Assembly: GCA_038324235.1 (NCBI GenBank)
Contig: JBBQHT010000026.1
Span: forward strand, 1-26,564
Reading direction: 5' to 3'
Source of the DNA: Acidimicrobiales bacterium
GTDB taxonomy: Bacteria > Actinomycetota > Acidimicrobiia > Acidimicrobiales > Acidimicrobilacustridaceae
DNA length: 26,564 nucleotides
Shown here piece by piece: positions 22,669 to 26,564 of the stretch. Within the stretch, counting starts at the first letter, position 1. Every line of letters starts with the position of its first letter. The notes beneath the pieces are model-generated. The model had not been told where the DNA came from. It saw nothing but the letters and a program-made list of their open reading frames with translations, and did no database searches. A program made the translations under genes and the position numbers.

Positions 22669-24495
22669 ATGATGAAGGCGGGAAAGTTGTTGGGACGGAT
22701 CGGCATTGCCGCGGGCGTCTCGATCGCGATGATGGGCTTCGCCTTGTCGCTGCCAGCGAATGCCGAGTCCACGACGGTGACCTACACGGCGAACATCACC
22801 ATTCCGGTGCCGCCGGCCTCGAGCTTTGCCGGCAGCGCGGGCGGGGACGGCTGGGATCTGGCGATGACGCCGACCGCCGTCTACAACGTCTTCCACCACA
22901 ACAGCACGTCGCTCAACGTGGCCTGCCACATCCAAGTCGACGCCAGCAAGTGCTGGGATACCGACGCCAAGACGATCACCGACGCCGACGGCAACAACTT
23001 CACCGGGTCGAGCCACCCGGGGATCTACCTCGACCAGGCAACCGGGAAGCTGTACATCTACTCAACCCGAACGTCGGACAATACCGCCGGCGTGGTGTGC
23101 GTCGACACCAAGCAGCCCCCGGCGAGCCTCTTCTGCGGGTTCACACCCTTGAGCGCCGTCGGTGACGGCGGCATCACGAGCGTCCCGATGAAGGCTGGCT
23201 CGAACCTGTACTCGTTCAACTACGTGACCGGCGCAACGGCAGCCGGCGGCGCGGGTGGCACCGCCAACACGCTCCTGTGCTTCAGCCTGACGTCGTTCGC
23301 CCCTTGCGCCGCCCAGCCGTTCTCCGTCAACATCGGTGCGGGCACCTTCGCGACGAGCACGTTCCCCGTCCCCTTCGCCGCCGTCATCGCCGGAAAGATC
23401 CTCGTACCCACAGTCTTGAGCAATGGCGGTACGACCTACGTCATGGGCTGCTTCGATCCGAGCACCGGGGCGTCGTGCGCCGGTTCATGGCCGATCGCGG
23501 TGCCGTCAAGCTACATCGGGACCAACGGCTCGGCGTTCCCCCTGCTCAATGCTGCGGGCGTCATCACCGGCTTCTGCCTGCCGACCGGCACCGATGAGTG
23601 CTTCGACCTCGGCGGTGCGACGGTTGCGACACCAGCCGGCATGTCTGGGGTCATCGGCGGGAACTCGCAGTGGAACGGCCCGGCGGTGACCATCGGCGCA
23701 CGCGTCTACCTGCCCAACGGCAACGCGGGCCAGGTCGAGTGCTTCAGCTACGCGACGGGAGCTGGGTGCGCCAACTTCCCGAAGGTTCTGAGCAATGCGA
23801 CCTACATGTACACGGTGAACGCCGACCCGCAGCGGCCGGCGTGCATCTGGGTGAACTCCGACTCCGGCAGTGCGCAGATCCAGAACTTCGACGCGTTCAG
23901 CGGTGGGAGCTGCGGGCAAGGTGCTATACGTGTGCTGAGTTCGTCCTTCGTGGTGCCCACCGAAGTCTGTGCCCCCAGCAAGTGGCTCTCACTCGCCGTG
24001 AACGCCCCTCCGAGAGACCAGTACGCGTCGGGCACCGTCGACTTCCTGGACAGCGACGCCAACGCGATTCCCGGGGTGGCGAGCCAACCGATCGATGCAA
24101 ATGGCGCCGTGGACATGAGCACGCTGGCGCTGACCTCCACGCTGCCACAGTTCCTCATCACGCTGAACGGCCTCACGGGCAGCCTCGGGCAGGTCGAACT
24201 GACGCTGACCTGGCAGGCCACCTACGACCCGTCGTGCGTGAGTGCCGCAGTCGTCGCTGCGCCGCCGACCACCACCACGTCGACGACGTCCACGTCGACT
24301 AGCACCACGTCGACCACCACGATGGCCAGCGCTAGTCCGGAGTTCGCCACGGCGCCCACCACGGTGACCGGCACGTTGCCCGTCACGGGCAGCACGAGTG
24401 GCCCGCTCGCTGGGGGCGCACTTGCGCTGATCGCGGTCGGCGCCGGGCTGGTGCTCGTCTCCGTTCGATTCCGCAGATGGGAAGCTCGCGGCTGA
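22669..24495 (+). CDS. Secreted, LPXTG-anchored cell-surface protein. It has a large Cys-rich domain (at least 20 Cys) and a Thr/Ser-rich stalk.
   Basis: The start MMKAGKLLGRIGIAAGVSIAMMGFALSLPANAEST is a signal peptide. The C-terminus is ...PPTTTTSTTSTSTSTTSTTTMASASPEFATAPTTVTGTLPVTGSTSGPLAGGALALIAVGAGLVLVSVRFRRWEARG. It carries LPVTG, a hydrophobic helix and the basic tail RFRR, which is a classic sortase substrate. The Cys-rich ectodomain is of unknown family. Confidence 0.65.
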   Translation: MMKAGKLLGRIGIAAGVSIAMMGFALSLPANAESTTVTYTANITIPVPPASSFAGSAGGDGWDLAMTPTAVYNVFHHNSTSLNVACHIQVDASKCWDTDAKTITDADGNNFTGSSHPGIYLDQATGKLYIYSTRTSDNTAGVVCVDTKQPPASLFCGFTPLSAVGDGGITSVPMKAGSNLYSFNYVTGATAAGGAGGTANTLLCFSLTSFAPCAAQPFSVNIGAGTFATSTFPVPFAAVIAGKILVPTVLSNGGTTYVMGCFDPSTGASCAGSWPIAVPSSYIGTNGSAFPLLNAAGVITGFCLPTGTDECFDLGGATVATPAGMSGVIGGNSQWNGPAVTIGARVYLPNGNAGQVECFSYATGAGCANFPKVLSNATYMYTVNADPQRPACIWVNSDSGSAQIQNFDAFSGGSCGQGAIRVLSSSFVVPTEVCAPSKWLSLAVNAPPRDQYASGTVDFLDSDANAIPGVASQPIDANGAVDMSTLALTSTLPQFLITLNGLTGSLGQVELTLTWQATYDPSCVSAAVVAAPPTTTTSTTSTSTSTTSTTTMASASPEFATAPTTVTGTLPVTGSTSGPLAGGALALIAVGAGLVLVSVRFRRWEARG

Positions 24496-24651
24496 CGGTC
24501 ATGTGGTCCATCATGGGCAACTCGACGAAACCGGCCGCCACCAACTCATCGACGAGAGGTCTTTGCCACCGGCTGGCCGTTGCGCGACACGTTCAGGTCC
24601 TGACCGTGTTCAGCCTCCCCGGATGAGCTCGGAGAATTACTGAGGGCCCTA

Positions 24652-26049
24652 TCAGGCTTTGGTCGGAATCCAGTTGCCGTGCAGGCCATTGGGCACGCGG
24701 TGTGGCATCCGGACCTTCGCCACCGGCTCGGACGGAAATGACTGCGCGTCCCAGACGACGACGTACGAATGCCGCGCGGCCAGGTCGGAGGCGTAGGTGA
24801 GGTACCAGCCGTCGAGCTCTGGGTCGCCCCGCCCGACCTGCGCGCCGGCCCGAGCGGCGTGCACCACTTCCCCGAACACGAGATCGCTGTCGTGGTGGAC
24901 CGCCTCGCCGGTCTCCAGGTCGTGACGCACGAGGCGATCGAACTCGCCGTTGAGCAACCCTTGGCGCTTCCCCGACTTCTGGGAGACGGTCACGTAGCGG
25001 TGGGGCTGGCCACAGAGGCGGTCGTCGATGCGGGTGAACTCGGACATCGCCGTGTCCAGGTGGGTGAGCGTGGCCTTCCCCGAAGCCGGCGATACGCGCA
25101 TCTGCGTGAACGCTCCTGTCCGAGCCGGATCGGCAGTCAGGCTGAAGGCGCTCCACCAGGAGAAGTCGACGACGACGTCGCCACCGTCGTCGTACGCGTT
25201 GCCGTAGTGCCACACGAAGAACGGGTCGGCCTCGATCCACTTCACGGCGCTGCCATCGCGAGGCACGAGGGCGATCCGCGTGCCGAGTTCGGGCTGCCAG
25301 GACAGGACGTCGCCGCCAGTCATCATCGCATCGAGGTCGAACACGACGGGTCCCAGCACGAGCACCAGGTAGGTGGGTGTGATGGTGAAGTCGTGGACCA
25401 TGAAGCCCTTGTCGACGGACGGCACCGTGGTGGGCCCGCTCGTGACCGTGCCGTCGGGCCCGACGATCGCCCAGACGAGGAACGGCGCCTCCACGTCGTA
25501 GGCGAACAGCAGCATCTCGCCGGTGACCGGGTCGATGCGGGGGTGGGCGCACATCCCCTGCAGTTTCCCGTGGAAGTCCCAAAGGCCGACGGTGTCGAGC
25601 TCAGGCGTGATCTCGTAGCCGGGGAGGCCCTCGGAAAATGTCAGATGACGGCCGGCATGGCGGACGACGTTGATGAACGGGTCGAGGCGGAACGGCCACC
25701 CCGGGTCCGGGTCGTCACCGAGCAGCGTCACGTCAACGAACGCTGGTGACATGAGCCCGCCGAAGATGTCGCGACCGGCCACGACGTCGGCCGCCATGCC
25801 CTTCGTGCGCACCCAGCGGTTCTTGTACCTCGCCCCTCCCTCACCATCGAGCCAGACGCCGTGCACCATGGCATCGCCCTCCATCGGGAAGCTGTAGCTG
25901 CCGAGGGGCGGGAACATCTGGTTGGGTCCGTTGCGCAGGTAGGCACCGGCCAGACCCTCGGGCAACTTCCCCTCGACCTCGAGCCCCGCCACCTCGACCT
26001 CCTCGGCGATGGGCGCGAACCGCCCGGACAGGTAGGGGTGAGTCGCCAT
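24652..26049 (-). CDS. Carotenoid cleavage oxygenase family enzyme (RPE65 / lignostilbene-alpha,beta-dioxygenase-like).
   Basis: The N-terminus MATHPYLSGRFAPIAEEVEVAGLEVEGKLPEGLAGAYLRNGPN is the canonical CCD/LSD start ('F.P..eE.....L.V.G.iP..L.G.y.RNGPN'). It is 466 aa, with His-containing blades (HDF, HYGNAY, HHDSD). The start at 26049 was chosen over the ORF-track start at 26118. Confidence 0.75.
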   Translation of the reverse strand: MATHPYLSGRFAPIAEEVEVAGLEVEGKLPEGLAGAYLRNGPNQMFPPLGSYSFPMEGDAMVHGVWLDGEGGARYKNRWVRTKGMAADVVAGRDIFGGLMSPAFVDVTLLGDDPDPGWPFRLDPFINVVRHAGRHLTFSEGLPGYEITPELDTVGLWDFHGKLQGMCAHPRIDPVTGEMLLFAYDVEAPFLVWAIVGPDGTVTSGPTTVPSVDKGFMVHDFTITPTYLVLVLGPVVFDLDAMMTGGDVLSWQPELGTRIALVPRDGSAVKWIEADPFFVWHYGNAYDDGGDVVVDFSWWSAFSLTADPARTGAFTQMRVSPASGKATLTHLDTAMSEFTRIDDRLCGQPHRYVTVSQKSGKRQGLLNGEFDRLVRHDLETGEAVHHDSDLVFGEVVHAARAGAQVGRGDPELDGWYLTYASDLAARHSYVVVWDAQSFPSEPVAKVRMPHRVPNGLHGNWIPTKA

Positions 26050-26116
26050 GTCGACAGGGTGCAGGTCCGGCACGGGAAGTTCCTTTCGAGTCGGGAGAGC
26101 CTTCCGTCCACCGCCC

Positions 26117-26137
26117 ATTGTTATCGCAGCTCACAAT
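26117..26137. promoter_or_regulatory. AT-rich, lac-operator-like pseudo-palindrome upstream of the dioxygenase gene. It is a candidate LacI/GalR-type operator.
   Basis: The reverse strand reads ATTGTGAGCtgcGATAACAAT, against E. coli lacO1 AATTGTGAGCGGATAACAATT. The half-sites TGTGAGC / GATAACA are conserved with a 3-nt centre. It lies about 70 nt upstream of the dioxygenase ATG at 26049, in a locally low-GC patch. Confidence 0.25.
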
Positions 26138-26564
26138 CCCTCGCCCGCTTGCGCCGATGGCATCGAAGGCGTACGCGCCGACCGTCACGCCGGAGACGTC
26201 CTTGAAGTCGTCCATCGGTTTGAGGACATCGGACTCGAACCACTGGGAAACCAAGGAGCGATCGGTATGGGTGTCGGTCACAGCAATTCCCCCAGGGGAT
26301 GGTCGTCGCGGCTCATGTCAGGTCCCAATGGTGCAGCCTGGTCCGGGCGGTTCCGTTGTTGCCGAGATGGAAGATCGCGAACCCGGCGGGATGGAACGTG
26401 AAACGGTCGACCCCACGACCGGTCCCAGACCACCGGTCACATCGGTATCAACACTCACGCCGCTCGACGCTGGGCGAGCTGCGCGAGACGCTGCACCTCT
26501 GAGCCATCTCGACCCAGGCGGGCCGGGGGTCCAGCGCCGTCCCGGTCGATCTCGCCACATAGGT

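Noticed and set aside
25841-26281. A reverse-strand ORF (GTG start) whose first about 55 codons look protein-like (MTDTHTDRSLVSQWFESDVLKPMDDFKDVSGVTVGAYAFDAIGASG...). It then overlaps the dioxygenase N-terminus in another frame.
   Set aside because: The dioxygenase N-terminus (MATHPYLSGRFAPIAEE...LRNGPN) is canonical from 26049. A more than 200-nt out-of-frame overlap is implausible. The downstream part of this ORF is Arg/Gly junk. It could still reflect a frameshifted upstream gene remnant, which I could not resolve.
26119-26564. Several ORFs at the right edge: 26048..26401(+), 26299..26502(+) and 26318..26560(-). A 44-codon ORF at about 26258 sits behind a good AAGGAG.
   Set aside because: The translations are low-complexity (R/G/S/P-rich), and no domains were recognised. 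The window ends here, so context is missing. I left this region unannotated.
1-26564. A search for tRNA or rRNA genes, CRISPR arrays, IS elements or transposases, integrases, and phage genes.
   Set aside because: I saw none of these:
- no cloverleaf-like conserved tRNA boxes
- no short direct repeats with unique spacers
- no DDE/HTH transposase-like ORFs
- no terminal inverted repeats flanking a gene

The only repeats are intragenic, in the propeller blades and in the core of the candidate precursor peptide.

Overview
This is a high-GC (about 70%) window that looks actinobacterial and has dense coding on both strands. Coordinates are estimated by hand and may be off by 1-3 nt.

I found no tRNA or rRNA genes, no CRISPR array, and no transposase or integrase.

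Reading left to right, the supportable genes are:
- a partial NuoL/MrpD-family membrane subunit running off the window start
- a Zn-ribbon protein and a hypothetical protein
- a flotillin (SPFH) gene, followed on the opposite strand by a three-gene run: soluble DUF1269-like, SHOCT, DUF1269
- an EamA/DMT transporter with a long His-rich tail
- two tandem secreted Vgb-like beta-propeller proteins that both end in ...P-x-F-T-G
- a Rox/PHBH-type FAD monooxygenase
- a Cys-free NHLP/Nif11-like peptide
- a lyase-kinase-LanC-like (LanKC/LanL-type) tridomain enzyme
- a LURP-one-like protein and a JmjC/cupin-4 oxygenase
- a GNAT acetyltransferase translationally coupled to an arginase-fold enzyme that carries an N-terminal PqqD-like RRE
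- a triple Zn-ribbon protein
- glutamate decarboxylase
- a third DUF1269 gene
- an LPXTG-anchored Cys-rich surface protein
- a carotenoid-cleavage (lignostilbene-type) dioxygenase

The most interesting signal is at roughly 9.8-18.5 kb. It looks like an unusual RiPP-type biosynthetic locus. The candidate precursor has a strong RBS, an NHLP-like leader, and a Ser/Thr-rich repetitive core with no cysteine. Around it sit a class III/IV lanthipeptide-synthetase-like enzyme, an RRE-arginase (peptide-arginase-like) fusion, a GNAT, a JmjC hydroxylase and an FAD monooxygenase.

Every family call rests on motifs read by eye and recalled from memory. None is database-verified.
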